NCBI GenBank assembly: GCA_964291495.2
Contig: OZ219871.1
Coordinates: forward strand, 1,216,001 to 1,280,000
Source of the DNA: Dehalococcoidia bacterium
Lineage (GTDB): Bacteria > Chloroflexota > Dehalococcoidia > UBA2979
Length of the DNA: 64,000 bases
Reading direction: 5' to 3'
Part shown: positions 19,023 to 29,858 of the stretch, piece after piece
How positions within the stretch are numbered: the stretch's first letter is position 1
Layout: each line of letters starts with the position of its first letter
The notes under the pieces: model-generated
The model's database searches: none
What the model was told of the DNA's origin: nothing
The model's input: the letters and a program-made list of their open reading frames with translations, nothing else
Translations under genes and position numbers: made by a program

Positions 19023-19312
19023 CGGGTCGCGTGACGGTCTTCTTCGAGGCGAACCCGGAGGGGCGGGCGCGGCTGCTCGAGCTGCTGCGCGCGGACGCCG
19101 AGGGCTCGCCCGCCGAGCCGGGCAACGTCTGCTTCCGGGTGAGCCAGGACATCCTCGACCCCGACCGCTTCGTGATCTGCGAGGACTGGGAGAGCCGCGA
19201 GGCGCTCCACGAGCACTTCGAGCAGGACTACGCGAAGGCGGCGAAGGCCGCGTTCACGGATCCTCAGCTGATCACCGGCTTCGACACCTGGTTCGCCGGG
19301 GAGGGCGCATGA
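19019..19312 (+). CDS. ABM domain protein 4
   Basis: EPGN.CF...DPDRFVICEDWESREALHEH. Confidence 0.85.
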   Translation: MTGRVTVFFEANPEGRARLLELLRADAEGSPAEPGNVCFRVSQDILDPDRFVICEDWESREALHEHFEQDYAKAAKAAFTDPQLITGFDTWFAGEGA

Positions 19313-20445
19313 CCACCGAGGCGGCCGTCCCGGCCACAGTCGACGACCCGACCAACGCCGCCATCCTCGCGGTCTCCGAGGACCGCGTGGCCGGCTTCCA
19401 GCGCGACCCGCTGGGCCGCATCGCCGAGCGCTCCGGCGTGGCGCTGCCGGTCGTCGTCGAGCGCATCCGCGCGATGCTCGACGCGGGGACGATCCGCCGG
19501 GTGCGCCAGACGCTGCTCGCGAACAAGCTGGCGCCCGGCGCGCTCGTCGCCTGGCGGCTACCCGAGGATCGCCTGCACGCGGGCTTCGACTACCTCTTCC
19601 AGCAGGACCCCTTCTCCGGCCACGTCGTGATCCGCAGCGCCGACCCGGCCACGCCGGGGGCCAGCTACCGCCTCTGGACCACGCTCAAGACGCCCGTCGG
19701 CTTCTCGCTGGAGCGGCACTGCGAGCTGCTCTCCGAGCGCATCGGCGCGGAGGCGTTCCGGCTGATGCCGGCAAAGCGTCTCTTCACCCTCGGCGTCGGG
19801 CACGTGCGGCGGCGCGGCCTCGAGCCGGGCGCGCGCAGCGATGAGCCCGCGAGGGTGATCGACACGGAGATCGTGGACCTCGACGAGCAGGACTGGCGCG
19901 TACTGATGGCGCTCAAGCGCGAGTTCGCGCCCGAGGAGATCGGGCCTGACCTGTGGGCGGGCCGCGCTGCTGAAGCCGAACTCACCCTCGAAGCGTTCTT
20001 CGAGGCCGCCGAGGAGCTCGACCGGCGCGGGGTCGTCGGGCGCTTCTCGACGTTCCTCGAGCACGTCAAGCAAGTCGCCGGGGCGGCGCCGGTGACGCGC
20101 TACAACGCGCTGTTCCACTGGGCCGTGCCGCAGGGGCGCGAGCTCGACGCGGGGCGCGAGGTCGGCCGCCACCACGTGATGACGCACGCCTACTGGCGCG
20201 AGGGCGGCCCGGAGTTCCGCAACGTCAACGTGATGGGCGTGGCCCACGGCACCGACAAGGACCTGCTGCTCGCCCACAAGGCGGCGATCGACGAGCACCT
20301 CGCGGAGGCCGGCATCGCGGTGGGCTACACGAGCGTCTTCTGGGGCGGGCGCAGCGAGATCAAGCCCTCGGAGATCGCGCCCGACGCCTACGTCGCGTGG
20401 GCGCGCGAGCAGGGCGTGGACCCGGACGCGCTGCGCGAGGCGTAA
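19309..20445 (+). CDS. Tandem Lrp/AsnC-like protein, AhbA/AhbB (NirDLGH) sirohaem decarboxylase-like fusion
   Basis: Two HTH+AsnC-like halves (GTIRRV...ALVAW...GHVVIR; GVVGRF...NALFHW...THAYWR...MGVAHG), echoing the HxYxR motif of Ahb/Nir proteins. Confidence 0.65.
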   Translation: MTTEAAVPATVDDPTNAAILAVSEDRVAGFQRDPLGRIAERSGVALPVVVERIRAMLDAGTIRRVRQTLLANKLAPGALVAWRLPEDRLHAGFDYLFQQDPFSGHVVIRSADPATPGASYRLWTTLKTPVGFSLERHCELLSERIGAEAFRLMPAKRLFTLGVGHVRRRGLEPGARSDEPARVIDTEIVDLDEQDWRVLMALKREFAPEEIGPDLWAGRAAEAELTLEAFFEAAEELDRRGVVGRFSTFLEHVKQVAGAAPVTRYNALFHWAVPQGRELDAGREVGRHHVMTHAYWREGGPEFRNVNVMGVAHGTDKDLLLAHKAAIDEHLAEAGIAVGYTSVFWGGRSEIKPSEIAPDAYVAWAREQGVDPDALREA

Positions 20446-20481
20446 CTCCCCACCAACACCCGGACGTCTCCCCTCCCGACC

Positions 20482-20500
20482 CTTAATCGCGGGTTAACCG
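20482..20500 (+). promoter_or_regulatory. Putative Pho box
   Basis: CTTAATC and GTTAACC direct repeats at 11-bp periodicity upstream of pstS. Confidence 0.5.
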
Positions 20501-20552
20501 CGCCCGCCGAGCATGCGCGTCGGACGGGGACATACCGAGGAGGTCACAGCGA

Positions 20553-21533
20553 GTGTTCACTATCCGATCGAGGAGACTGCTCCCGCTGATCACGCTCGCC
20601 GTCGCGGCGACGCTGCTGATCGTGGCGTGCGGCGGCGATGACGGCGGCAGCGAGACCACGGCCGGCGACGAGAAGCTGTCCGGCAGCGTGGCCATCGACG
20701 GCTCGAGCACCGTCTTCCCGGTCACCGAGGCGGTCGCGGAGGAGTTCCGCTCCGTCGCGCCCGACGTGCGCGTCACCGTCGGCGTCTCCGGCACCGGCGG
20801 CGGCTTCGAGAAGTTCTGCAGCGGCGAAACCGACATCTCCGATGCCTCCCGCCCGATCAAGCCCAGCGAGGAGGAGCACTGCGCCGAGAACGGCATCGAG
20901 TACCTGCCGCTCCGCGTCGGCCTCGACGGCCTCGCCGTCGTCGCCCACCCCGACGCCGACTTCCTCGAGTGCATCACGATGGACGAGCTGGCGATCCTCT
21001 GGGGCCCCGAGTCCGAAGGCTCCATCACGAGCTGGAACCAGGTCCGCTCGAGTTGGCCGGACGAGGAGATCAAGCTCTTCGGCCCCGACACCGACTCCGG
21101 GACGTTCGACTTCTTCACCGAGGAAGTGAACGGCGAGGGCGGCGCCTCCCGCGCCGACTACACCAACTCCACCGACGACAACGTGCTCGTCACCGGCATC
21201 TCCGGCTCGAAGGGCGGCTCCGGCTACTTCGGCTACGCCTACTACGCCGAGAACCAGGCCCGCCTGCGCGTCGCCGCCGTCGACGGCGGCTCCGGCTGCG
21301 TCATCCCCTCCGACGCCACCGTGGCGGACGGCTCCTACGCCCTCGCACGGCCGCTCTACATCTACGTCTCGCTGGCGTCGCTGGCGGAGAAGCCGCAGGT
21401 CCGCGAGTTCGTGCGCTACTTCCTCAGCGACGCTGCGATTGCGCTCGTGCCCGACGTGGGGTACACCGCAATCAGTGCCGACGAGCTCGCCGAGTCCCGC
21501 GCCAGCCTCGAGGCCGCCATCCCGGGCGGCTAG
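20553..21533 (+). CDS. pstS: Phosphate ABC transporter substrate-binding lipoprotein
   Basis: Lipobox IVAC; [35 protein letters not shown]. Confidence 0.95.
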   Translation: MFTIRSRRLLPLITLAVAATLLIVACGGDDGGSETTAGDEKLSGSVAIDGSSTVFPVTEAVAEEFRSVAPDVRVTVGVSGTGGGFEKFCSGETDISDASRPIKPSEEEHCAENGIEYLPLRVGLDGLAVVAHPDADFLECITMDELAILWGPESEGSITSWNQVRSSWPDEEIKLFGPDTDSGTFDFFTEEVNGEGGASRADYTNSTDDNVLVTGISGSKGGSGYFGYAYYAENQARLRVAAVDGGSGCVIPSDATVADGSYALARPLYIYVSLASLAEKPQVREFVRYFLSDAAIALVPDVGYTAISADELAESRASLEAAIPGG

Positions 21534-21562
21534 CCACGAGGAGAGAGCAGGGTGAGCGACTG

Positions 21563-22504
21563 ATGGCTGCCGGAACGGCAGCAGCAGGCGAGCCCGCGGC
21601 GGCGCAGTTCCAGCGCCGCCGCGGCCGCGAGCTGTTCGAGAAGGCGATCGGCTACGCGCTGTTCCTCTGCGCGGCGATCACGGTGCTCACCACGGTGGGC
21701 ATCGTGATCATCCTCGTCGTGGAAGGGCTGCAGTTCTTCCGGGACGTCTCGCCCTGGGAGTTCTTCACGGGCACGAAGTGGACGCCGTTGTTCACCAACC
21801 AGGCGTTCGGCGTGCTGCCGCTGATCGGCGGCACGCTGCTGGTCGCGCTCGGCGCGGCGTTGATCTCCGTGCCGGTGGGAAGCGCGAGCGCGATCTACCT
21901 GTCCGAGTTCGCGAGCCCCGCCACGCGCGCGGTACTGAAGCCGATCCTCGAGATCCTGGCGGGCGTGCCGACGGTGGTCTACGGCTACTTTGCCCTCACG
22001 GCGGTGACGCCGCTGCTGCGCGCCACGCTCTTCCCGGAGACCGAGATCTTCAACGCGCTCTCGGCGATGGTCGTGGTCGGGATCATGACCATCCCGATGG
22101 TCTCCTCGCTCTCCGACGACGCGCTGCACGCCGTACCGGCCGACCTGCGCGAGGCCGCCTACGGCGTGGGCGCGACGAAGTTCGAGGTGGTCACGCGCGT
22201 TGTCTACCCGGCGGCGCTGAGCGGGATCATCGCCTCCTACATACTCGCCGCCTCGCGAGCGGTCGGGGAGACGATGGCGGTCACGATCGCGGCGGGGGCG
22301 TCGCCGAACCTGACGTGGAACCCGCTGGAGTCGATCCAGACGATGACCGCCTACATCGTGCAGGTCTCGCTTGGTGATACGCCGCACGGGACGATCGAGT
22401 TCCGCACCATCTTCGTCGTCGCGCTGACGCTGTTCGTGATGACGCTGGTCATGAACATCATCGCCGCGCGGGTCACGGCCCGGTTCCGGGAGGTCTACGA
22501 CTGA
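21563..22504 (+). CDS. pstC: Phosphate ABC transporter permease
   Basis: [32 protein letters not shown]. Confidence 0.95.
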   Translation: MAAGTAAAGEPAAAQFQRRRGRELFEKAIGYALFLCAAITVLTTVGIVIILVVEGLQFFRDVSPWEFFTGTKWTPLFTNQAFGVLPLIGGTLLVALGAALISVPVGSASAIYLSEFASPATRAVLKPILEILAGVPTVVYGYFALTAVTPLLRATLFPETEIFNALSAMVVVGIMTIPMVSSLSDDALHAVPADLREAAYGVGATKFEVVTRVVYPAALSGIIASYILAASRAVGETMAVTIAAGASPNLTWNPLESIQTMTAYIVQVSLGDTPHGTIEFRTIFVVALTLFVMTLVMNIIAARVTARFREVYD

Positions 22505-23433
22505 TGGCCGCCACGGACCTGCAGGCCGGGAGCGACCAGCGCCTGTACCTCCCCAGGCTGTCCCTCCGCAACAAGCTGGGCGCGGGCTTCTTCGCGATCT
22601 GCCTCGCAGGCACGCTTGTCGGCGTCGTCTTCCTCGTCTTCCTGCTGGTGGACGTCTGGCGGGACGGCGCGGGCTTCCTGCGCTGGGAGTTCCTCCAGAA
22701 CTTCCCCTCGCGCTTCGCGGAGCGCGCCGGCTTCCAGTCGGCGCTGTGGGGCAGCCTCTGGCTGATCGCGACGACGGCGACCCTCGCCTTCCCGATCGGC
22801 GTCGGCGCGGCGATCTACCTCGAGGAGTACGCGCCGCGGAACTTCGTGACGAAGGCGATCCAGACCAACATCTCGAACCTCGCCGGCGTGCCCTCGATCG
22901 TCTTCGGCATCCTCGGCCTGCAGCTCTTCGTGCGCGGCACGATCGGCATTGGGCCGAGCATCGCGGGCGGCTTCGGGCGCTCGATCATCGCCGGCGGCGC
23001 AACGATGGCGCTGCTGATCCTGCCGATCGTGATCGTCGCGGCGCAGGAGTCGATCCGGGCCGTGCCGCCCTCGCTGCGCGAGGCCTCGTACGGGGTGGGC
23101 GCGACGCGCTGGCAGACGGTCTGGCACCACGTGCTGCCGCAGGCGTTCCCGGGGATCATGACGGGGACGATCCTGGCGCTGTCGAGGGCGATCGGCGAGA
23201 CGGCGCCGCTGATCATGATCGGCGCGCTGACCTTCGTGGCGTTCCGGCCGGAGAGTCTGCTGGACCCGTTCACGGTGATGCCGATCCAGATCTACAACTG
23301 GGTGGCGCGGCCGCAGCCGGAGTTCCAGGACCTCGCGGCCACGGGCATCATCGTACTGCTGGTGATGCTACTCTCGATGAACGCGATAGCCGTGCTGCTG
23401 CGGCAGTGGACCGGACGGCGCTACGGACGCTAG
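22504..23433 (+). CDS. pstA: Phosphate ABC transporter permease
   Basis: [21 protein letters not shown]. Confidence 0.95.
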   Translation: MAATDLQAGSDQRLYLPRLSLRNKLGAGFFAICLAGTLVGVVFLVFLLVDVWRDGAGFLRWEFLQNFPSRFAERAGFQSALWGSLWLIATTATLAFPIGVGAAIYLEEYAPRNFVTKAIQTNISNLAGVPSIVFGILGLQLFVRGTIGIGPSIAGGFGRSIIAGGATMALLILPIVIVAAQESIRAVPPSLREASYGVGATRWQTVWHHVLPQAFPGIMTGTILALSRAIGETAPLIMIGALTFVAFRPESLLDPFTVMPIQIYNWVARPQPEFQDLAATGIIVLLVMLLSMNAIAVLLRQWTGRRYGR

Positions 23434-23490
23434 GACGTACGCGGGCGCCGGTTCCCCTCGCGGGTTCCGGCGGGAGTGAGGAGCCCACGA

Positions 23491-24372
23491 ATGGTGGGGA
23501 ACGTGACCGACGAGGCGGAGCGAACGGCAGCCTCCGCGGCGGCCCGCGCAGCCGGCGTGAGCGTGCAGGCCGGCGTGCGCGCGACGGAGCCGGAGCCGGC
23601 GGAGGAGACCGGCGTCGCCGTCGAGGTTCGCAACGTCAGCCTCTGGTACGGCCAGAAGCAGGCGATCGGTAACGTCACGTTCGATGTGCCGCAGAACCGC
23701 GTGACGGCGCTGATCGGGCCCTCCGGCTGCGGCAAGAGCACGCTGCTGCGCTGCATGAACCGCATGAACGACCTGATCGACGGCGTGCGCTTCGAGGGCG
23801 AGGTGATGATCGACGGCGCGAACATCTACGCGCCCAACACGGAGCCCTCCCAGGTCCGCCGGCACGTGGGCATGGTCTTCCAGAAGCCCAACCCGTTCCC
23901 CAAGTCGATCTACGACAACGTCGCCTTCGGGGCGAGGATCAACGGCTACACCGGCAACATGGACGACCTCGTCGAGGAGTCGCTGACCAAGGCGGCGCTC
24001 TGGGACGAGGTCAAGGGCGAGCTCAAGAAGTCCGGGCTGGCGCTCTCCGGCGGGCAGCAGCAGCGGCTCTGCATCGCCCGCGCGATCGCGGTGAACCCGG
24101 AGATCGTGCTGATGGACGAGCCCTGTTCCGCCCTCGACCCGATCGCGACGCAGCGGATCGAGGACCTGATGCTCGAGCTGGCGAACGACTACACAATCGT
24201 TGTAGTCACGCATAACATGCAGCAGGCTGCGCGCGTCTCGCACAAGACGGCGTTCATGCTCGCCGAGGACGACCTGGTCGGACGGCTGGTCGAGTTCTCC
24301 GATACGGACGAGATCTTCCTCAACCCGCAGGACAGCCGCACAGAGGAATACATCACCGGCCGCTTCGGCTAA
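23491..24372 (+). CDS. pstB: Phosphate ABC transporter ATPase
   Basis: [30 protein letters not shown]; start uncertain. Confidence 0.95.
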   Translation: MVGNVTDEAERTAASAAARAAGVSVQAGVRATEPEPAEETGVAVEVRNVSLWYGQKQAIGNVTFDVPQNRVTALIGPSGCGKSTLLRCMNRMNDLIDGVRFEGEVMIDGANIYAPNTEPSQVRRHVGMVFQKPNPFPKSIYDNVAFGARINGYTGNMDDLVEESLTKAALWDEVKGELKKSGLALSGGQQQRLCIARAIAVNPEIVLMDEPCSALDPIATQRIEDLMLELANDYTIVVVTHNMQQAARVSHKTAFMLAEDDLVGRLVEFSDTDEIFLNPQDSRTEEYITGRFG

Positions 24373-24481
24373 TCCCCGACGCAGCCCCCGAGGCAACCCC
24401 CGGCTGCAGCGACGCGGACGCGCAGCATCGGGAACCTCAGGCGGAAGGGTCCGACACCGCCAGATCGGAGCACCAGCGGAG

Positions 24482-25147
24482 ATGCCGCGCGAGCAGTTCC
24501 AGGCTGACCTCGACCGGCTGCAGGACGGCCTGCTCGAGATGGGCGCGATGGTAGACCGCCAGATCGAGCGCTCGATCGTGGCGCTGGTCGAACGCGACGT
24601 CGCGCTCGCCGACGCGGTGATCCGCGACGACGCCGAGGTCAACCGCAAGCGCTTCGACCTCGACAACCAGGTGCTGCACCTGCTCGCCCAGCAGGGACCG
24701 ATGGCGCGCGACCTGCGCATCGTGATCTCCGTGCTCTCGATGGTCGTGGACCTCGAGCGCATGGGCGACCACGCCAAAGGCATCGGCGCGATCGTGCAGA
24801 TGATGTCGGACGAGCCGCTGGTCAAGCCGCTGGTCGACATCCCGGAGATGGCGACGCGCGCGCGCGCCATGCTCAACAATTCCCTCGACGCCTTCGTCAA
24901 CGGCGACATCGAGGCCGCCTACCGGGTCGGGCAGGCGGACGACGGCGTGGACGAGTTGCAGGACCGCGTCTACCAGGATCTGGTCGCGATCATGATCAAC
25001 GATCCGACGACGGTCGAGCCCTGCACGCACCTGCTCTGGGTGGCGCACAACCTCGAGCGGATCGCGGACCGCACCACGAACATCGCCGAGCGCGTGGTCT
25101 TCGCCGAGACGGGCGAGATCGTCGAGATGGACCTCTCGACGTACTAG
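24482..25147 (+). CDS. phoU: Phosphate signalling protein PhoU
   Basis: PMARDLR, DLERMGDHA, LERIADRTTNIAE. Confidence 0.95.
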   Translation: MPREQFQADLDRLQDGLLEMGAMVDRQIERSIVALVERDVALADAVIRDDAEVNRKRFDLDNQVLHLLAQQGPMARDLRIVISVLSMVVDLERMGDHAKGIGAIVQMMSDEPLVKPLVDIPEMATRARAMLNNSLDAFVNGDIEAAYRVGQADDGVDELQDRVYQDLVAIMINDPTTVEPCTHLLWVAHNLERIADRTTNIAERVVFAETGEIVEMDLSTY

Positions 25148-25158
25148 GCGCTCACCCT

Positions 25159-25863
25159 CTAGCCCGTGTCCGCCTCCTCCGAGCCCGGCGGGCTTGCCGC
25201 TCGCACGAGCTGGTAGAGCAACGCACCGAGGATCGCGCCGGCGATCGGCCCGACCCAGTAGACCCAGTGGTCCGTCCACGTGCCGGAGAGCAGCGCCGGG
25301 CCGAACGAGCGCGCCGGGTTCATCGAGGCGCCCGCGATCGGGCCGGAGAAGATCGCGGCGAGGCCGACGTAGCCGCCGATCGCGATCGCCGCCGTGCCGC
25401 GTACGGCGCGCGCGTCGGTGGCAACGGCCATGATCACGAACATCAGGAAGGTGGTGATCACCACCTCGAGGCCAAGCGCCTGGGCGGCGCCATCGCTTGG
25501 CACGGTGCTGCCGAGGCCGGCGACACGCCCGAACAGCCAGCGCAGCACCAGTCCGGCGGCGGCCGCCCCGGCCAGCTGCGCGCCGAGGTAGGGCAGCATC
25601 TGTGCGCGCGGGAAGCGCCCGACGACCGCGAAGGCGATGGTCACGGCCGGGTTGATGTGCGCCCCGGAGATGTGCCCGGTCGCGAAGACCGCCGCCATCA
25701 CCGCCAGGCCGAAACTGAGTCCGATCCCGAGCGAACCGACCCCGCCTCCCGAGACGGCGTCGATGACGACCGCGCCGGGGCCGGCGAAGACGAGCAGGAA
25801 CGTGCCGAGCGATTCGGCCGCGTACGCCCGCCCGTGGTCGAACCTCGGGAGCCAGTCACGCAT
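25159..25863 (-). CDS. MIP family aquaporin/aquaglyceroporin
   Basis: HISGAHINPAVT and GASMNPARS motifs. Confidence 0.92.
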   Translation of the reverse strand: MRDWLPRFDHGRAYAAESLGTFLLVFAGPGAVVIDAVSGGGVGSLGIGLSFGLAVMAAVFATGHISGAHINPAVTIAFAVVGRFPRAQMLPYLGAQLAGAAAAGLVLRWLFGRVAGLGSTVPSDGAAQALGLEVVITTFLMFVIMAVATDARAVRGTAAIAIGGYVGLAAIFSGPIAGASMNPARSFGPALLSGTWTDHWVYWVGPIAGAILGALLYQLVRAASPPGSEEADTG

Positions 25864-25962
25864 CGCCGGAGCGTAGCGCGAGACGATTATGCCGTCGTTA
25901 ATCGGGCGGCCCGCGCACCCACCAGGCGAGGGCTTGCGCGGCGGGCCTACACTCAGGCTCCG

Positions 25963-27579
25963 GTGCAGCGAGCAGTCTCCCCAGCCGACTCGCCTCCCTG
26001 CCTCGATCACGAAATCGAGTGGCAGTTCGCCGTCGCCGAGACAGCCGAGGCCGAGCGCATCCTGCGGCGCGAAGCGGCGGCGGCCGGGCTAGGCCTGGAG
26101 CCACTCGGCGAGCAGCGGCTCGTCGATCAGTACCTCGACACGGACGGGTGGGCGTTCCAGCGCGCGGGCTTCGCGCTGCGCCTGCGCGAGGGTGGCGGCC
26201 CGCCGCTGGCCGAGCTGAAGGCGCTGACCGGGCGCGACGACACCGAGGATCACGCGCCGCTGCGAAGGCTGGAGATCAGCGAACGCCTGAGCGCGGCCTA
26301 CCCGCTCGATCCCCTCGCCGGGCTGCGGGCCGGGTCGGGACCGGTCTCGCGGCGCGTGCGCGACGTCGTCGGGAACGCCACCCTGCGGCTGCTGTTCACG
26401 CTGCGCACCGTGCGGCGCCGCTTCGCGCTGCGCTCGGGCTGCGCCACGCTCGCCGAGATCGCGATCGATGACACCTCGATCCTGCGCGCGGACGGCGCTG
26501 CGGCGACCGAACTGCGCCGCCTCGAGGTCGAGGTCGGCCGCGAGGGCACGCCGGAGCGTGTCGCGCCGTTCGCGCGACGGCTGCGCGAGCAAGCCGAGCT
26601 GCGGCAGGCCGAGGGCTCGAAGTTCGAGGCCGGCCTCGAGGCCGTCGCGCTGCAGCCCGCGCCTGCGCCCGACCTGGGGCCGACGGACTATGACCACGCC
26701 TCGAGCCTCGTCGAGGTGGCCCGCGCCGCGCTGCGGCGCCAGCTCGCGGCCTGCCTCGCCGAGGAGCCGGGGACGCGGCTCGGCGACGACATCGAGGCGC
26801 TGCACCACATGCGCGTCGCGATCCGCCGGATGCGTGCCGTGATCCGCAGCTTCGCCGAGGCGCTCCCGCCGGAGCTGCTCACGCTGCGCGATGAGTGGCG
26901 CTGGATCGGGGACGCGCTCGGCGAGGTCCGCGACCTCGACGTCCAGATCGAGGCGCTCGACGAGACGGACGCCGCCCTCGCCCCGCTGCGCGAGCAGCTG
27001 CAGGCCGCGCGACGCGCGGCGCGCGCCGAGCTGCTGGCGGCGCTGAACTCACCACGCTACGAGGCGCTGACCGAGGGAGCGGCCGAAGCGCTGCGCGGCG
27101 CAGCCACGAGCACAGACGCCGGGACGCAGCCCGCGCACCTCGCGGTCCCGGGCCTGCTGCGCCGGGCCCGCAAGCGGCTGCGGCGCACCGTCAGGCGACT
27201 CGATAGCGACGCGCCGGCCCGCGAGTACCACCGGGCGCGGATCCGCGCGAAGCGCGTGCGCTACGCGACCGAGTGCGTCGCGGACCTCTACGGCGAGCCG
27301 GCCCGGGAGCTGATCGAGGCGCTCAAGGACGTGCAGGACGTGCTCGGCCGCAGCCAGGACGCCGCGATCGCGATCACGCGGCTCCAGGGGATCGCTTGCG
27401 CGGATCGCGATACTCCGTCCGGGACGCTGTTCGCGATGGGCCGCCTGGCCGAACGCGAAGCCCGCGTGCTTGCCACGCGGGACGAGGCGTTCCGCGTCGC
27501 GTGGGCTCGCTTCCGGAAGTCCTGGAAGCGGTTCGATCGGGCGCTCGATCAGGCCGCCCGCCCCGGGGAACCGCGATGA
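25963..27579 (+). CDS. CYTH + CHAD domain protein
   Basis: EIEWQF, YLDT, ALRLR, LEVE (CYTH); LHHMRVAIRRMR, HRARIRAKRVRY, QDVLG (CHAD); start inferred. Confidence 0.85.
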   Translation: MQRAVSPADSPPCLDHEIEWQFAVAETAEAERILRREAAAAGLGLEPLGEQRLVDQYLDTDGWAFQRAGFALRLREGGGPPLAELKALTGRDDTEDHAPLRRLEISERLSAAYPLDPLAGLRAGSGPVSRRVRDVVGNATLRLLFTLRTVRRRFALRSGCATLAEIAIDDTSILRADGAAATELRRLEVEVGREGTPERVAPFARRLREQAELRQAEGSKFEAGLEAVALQPAPAPDLGPTDYDHASSLVEVARAALRRQLAACLAEEPGTRLGDDIEALHHMRVAIRRMRAVIRSFAEALPPELLTLRDEWRWIGDALGEVRDLDVQIEALDETDAALAPLREQLQAARRAARAELLAALNSPRYEALTEGAAEALRGAATSTDAGTQPAHLAVPGLLRRARKRLRRTVRRLDSDAPAREYHRARIRAKRVRYATECVADLYGEPARELIEALKDVQDVLGRSQDAAIAITRLQGIACADRDTPSGTLFAMGRLAEREARVLATRDEAFRVAWARFRKSWKRFDRALDQAARPGEPR

Positions 27580-28124
27580 ACCTCTACCTCATCCGCCACG
27601 CGATCGCCGAGGAACGAGACGCCCGGCGCTGGCCCGACGACGCACTGCGCCCGCTCTCCGATCGCGGGCGGCGGCGCTTCGAGCGCGCGGCTGCCGGGCT
27701 GCGCCGGCTCGGCATCGAGGTGGACGTGCTGCTGACCAGCCCCTACATCCGCGCCTGGGCGACCGCCGTGATTCTCGCCTCCGAGGCCGGCTGGCCCGCC
27801 CCCGTCGTCTTCGACTCCGCTCGGCCGCGGAGCAGACCTCAGCACGCGATCGCCGAACTCGCCCGGATCGCGGAGCAGCGCAGCAGCATCGGCGAGGGTC
27901 GCGCGATCGCCCTGGTCGGCCACGAGCCGGACCTCAGCCAGCTTGCCTCGGTGCTGCTGACGGGCGAACCGCATGCGCTGTGGCTGCACTGGCGCAAGGG
28001 CGGCGTGGCCTGCCTGCGCTGCGATCCGGCGCTGGTGCCGGGCAGCGCGACCCTCGAGGAGTACCTGCCGCCGAAGGTGCTGCGCGGCATCGCGGGCCGC
28101 CGCGCGCGCGGCGGCGACCCCTAG
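27576..28124 (+). CDS. sixA: Phosphohistidine phosphatase SixA
   Basis: LYLIRHA, D..RPL, SPY.RA..TA, LVGHEP. Confidence 0.9.
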   Translation: MNLYLIRHAIAEERDARRWPDDALRPLSDRGRRRFERAAAGLRRLGIEVDVLLTSPYIRAWATAVILASEAGWPAPVVFDSARPRSRPQHAIAELARIAEQRSSIGEGRAIALVGHEPDLSQLASVLLTGEPHALWLHWRKGGVACLRCDPALVPGSATLEEYLPPKVLRGIAGRRARGGDP

Positions 28125-29671
28125 CCTCCGCCGAGGACGCCGACCTTCCCCCACTCGTCCTCGATCACCAATCGCCTGCCGAAGACCTGCTCGAGGCGCG
28201 TGGCGATCCGATCCGGGCGCCAGCTGGAGCGCCCCGGCAACAGCACGCGCAGATCGCCGGCGGCGTCCAGTGTCACATGCGGCGGTGCGCCGGGCGGCAG
28301 GCGCAGCTCCATGGCGTCGGCAAGCACGAGGAGCGCGGCCGCCCGTTGCAGCGCCTCGTCGTCCTCGGGGCCGAGCAGCGGGCGCAGCACGCGCGCCAGC
28401 GTCTGCGGGCGATGCGCGATGCGGATCAGGGCGGCGAGGCGCGCCACGTCCGCGTGCGCGAAGCCGCTGAGGTCCGCGCCCAGCACGATCTCCGCGGCGG
28501 CGCGCTGGCGGCGGTAGGCGTCGACGGAGCCGCCGATGTCGTACAGCGTCGAGGCGTAGCGCAGCGTCTCGCGCACGCCCTCGTCCGCCTCGGGATCGAG
28601 CAGCGCGAGCAGCAGCTCGACGATCCCGGTGCGGCGACGGGCCCGATCGTCGTCCCAGCTCGCGAAGCGCCGCGCGAGCGCGCCGACCGAGGCGCGACGC
28701 ACGACCGGCGGGTCGGGCAGTGGGCCGTCGCCGCGCGCCACGCCCTCGCGCAGGCCCTGCCCGGAGACGAGCAACGAGCGGGCGCGCACGTGCTCGATAG
28801 CGGCGAGCACGGCGCTGGCGCCGGCGACGATGATGTCGCTGCGATCGCGGTTGAGGCCGGGCGCCAGGCGGCGTTGCGCCGGTGGCAGGCCGGCGAGCCG
28901 GTTGCGGACGCGCCGCAAGCGGCGCCGCGTGAGCGTGTAGCCGTGGACGCGCACGATCGGGTAGCGCCGCCCGCGACGGCTGACCGCCGCGAGGTTGCGG
29001 ACCGTGCCGCCGGTCCCCACCAGCACCTCGTCCGCCGCGAGGCGTGGCACGCCGGCGCTGACGAACTCCGCGCGCACGTGCAGTCGCAGCGCCTCGATCT
29101 CCTCGTCCGCGGGCGGGTCCGAGGGCAGGAAGCGGTCGGTGAGCCGCAACGTGCCGAGCGGGAAGCTCCACGTCTCGGCAATCGCGCGGTCGCGGAAGCG
29201 CGCGATCTGCAGGCTGCCGCCGCCGAGGTCCACGACCAGCCCGTGCTCGACGGGCAGCCCGTAGATCGCGCCCAGCGCGGCGCGGCGGCCCTCGGTGGGC
29301 CCGTCCAGCACCTCCAGCTCGATGCCCCAGCGGTCGCGGATCACGGCCTCGAGGTCGGAGGCGTTGCCGGCGTCGCGCAGGGCCGCGGTGCCGACGGCGC
29401 AGACGCGGGCGACCCCGCGCCGCGCGGCGAGCGCCATGAAGTCATCGAGGACGGTCAGCGCGCGATCGATCGCCTCCGCCGAGAGGCCGCCCGTGGCATC
29501 GACGGCGCGGGCGAGCCGCACGGTGGCGCGCGGCTCGGCGATGACCTCGAGGTACCCGTCGCCGCGCGGGCGGGCGATCATCATGCGCAGGGAGTTCGAG
29601 CCGACGTCGATCACGGCGATCGGCTCCGGCTCGCCGGGGCCGGCGTGCGGACCCCTCAGGCGTACATTCAT
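28121..29671 (-). CDS. ppx: Ppx/GppA exopolyphosphatase
   Basis: IDVGSNSLR, TAALRDA.N, DLGGGSLQ, GTGGTVRN, GLREG. Confidence 0.88.
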   Translation of the reverse strand: MNVRLRGPHAGPGEPEPIAVIDVGSNSLRMMIARPRGDGYLEVIAEPRATVRLARAVDATGGLSAEAIDRALTVLDDFMALAARRGVARVCAVGTAALRDAGNASDLEAVIRDRWGIELEVLDGPTEGRRAALGAIYGLPVEHGLVVDLGGGSLQIARFRDRAIAETWSFPLGTLRLTDRFLPSDPPADEEIEALRLHVRAEFVSAGVPRLAADEVLVGTGGTVRNLAAVSRRGRRYPIVRVHGYTLTRRRLRRVRNRLAGLPPAQRRLAPGLNRDRSDIIVAGASAVLAAIEHVRARSLLVSGQGLREGVARGDGPLPDPPVVRRASVGALARRFASWDDDRARRRTGIVELLLALLDPEADEGVRETLRYASTLYDIGGSVDAYRRQRAAAEIVLGADLSGFAHADVARLAALIRIAHRPQTLARVLRPLLGPEDDEALQRAAALLVLADAMELRLPPGAPPHVTLDAAGDLRVLLPGRSSWRPDRIATRLEQVFGRRLVIEDEWGKVGVLGGG

Positions 29672-29858
29672 GCGCCCATCCGTATGCGCGCCACACGCCG
29701 CGCCGGGGAGCTATCGGGTAGCCATGATACCGGGGGTGCCCATTGTGGTACGCAGGACTCCCGACGCCGAGCGAGCGCAAGGTGAAGAGCGCGTCCCGGC
29801 TGGACTCGGGGCGGGGGCGGCGCACATCATGGAAGTGCATAGCGAAAGGCGCTCCGCC

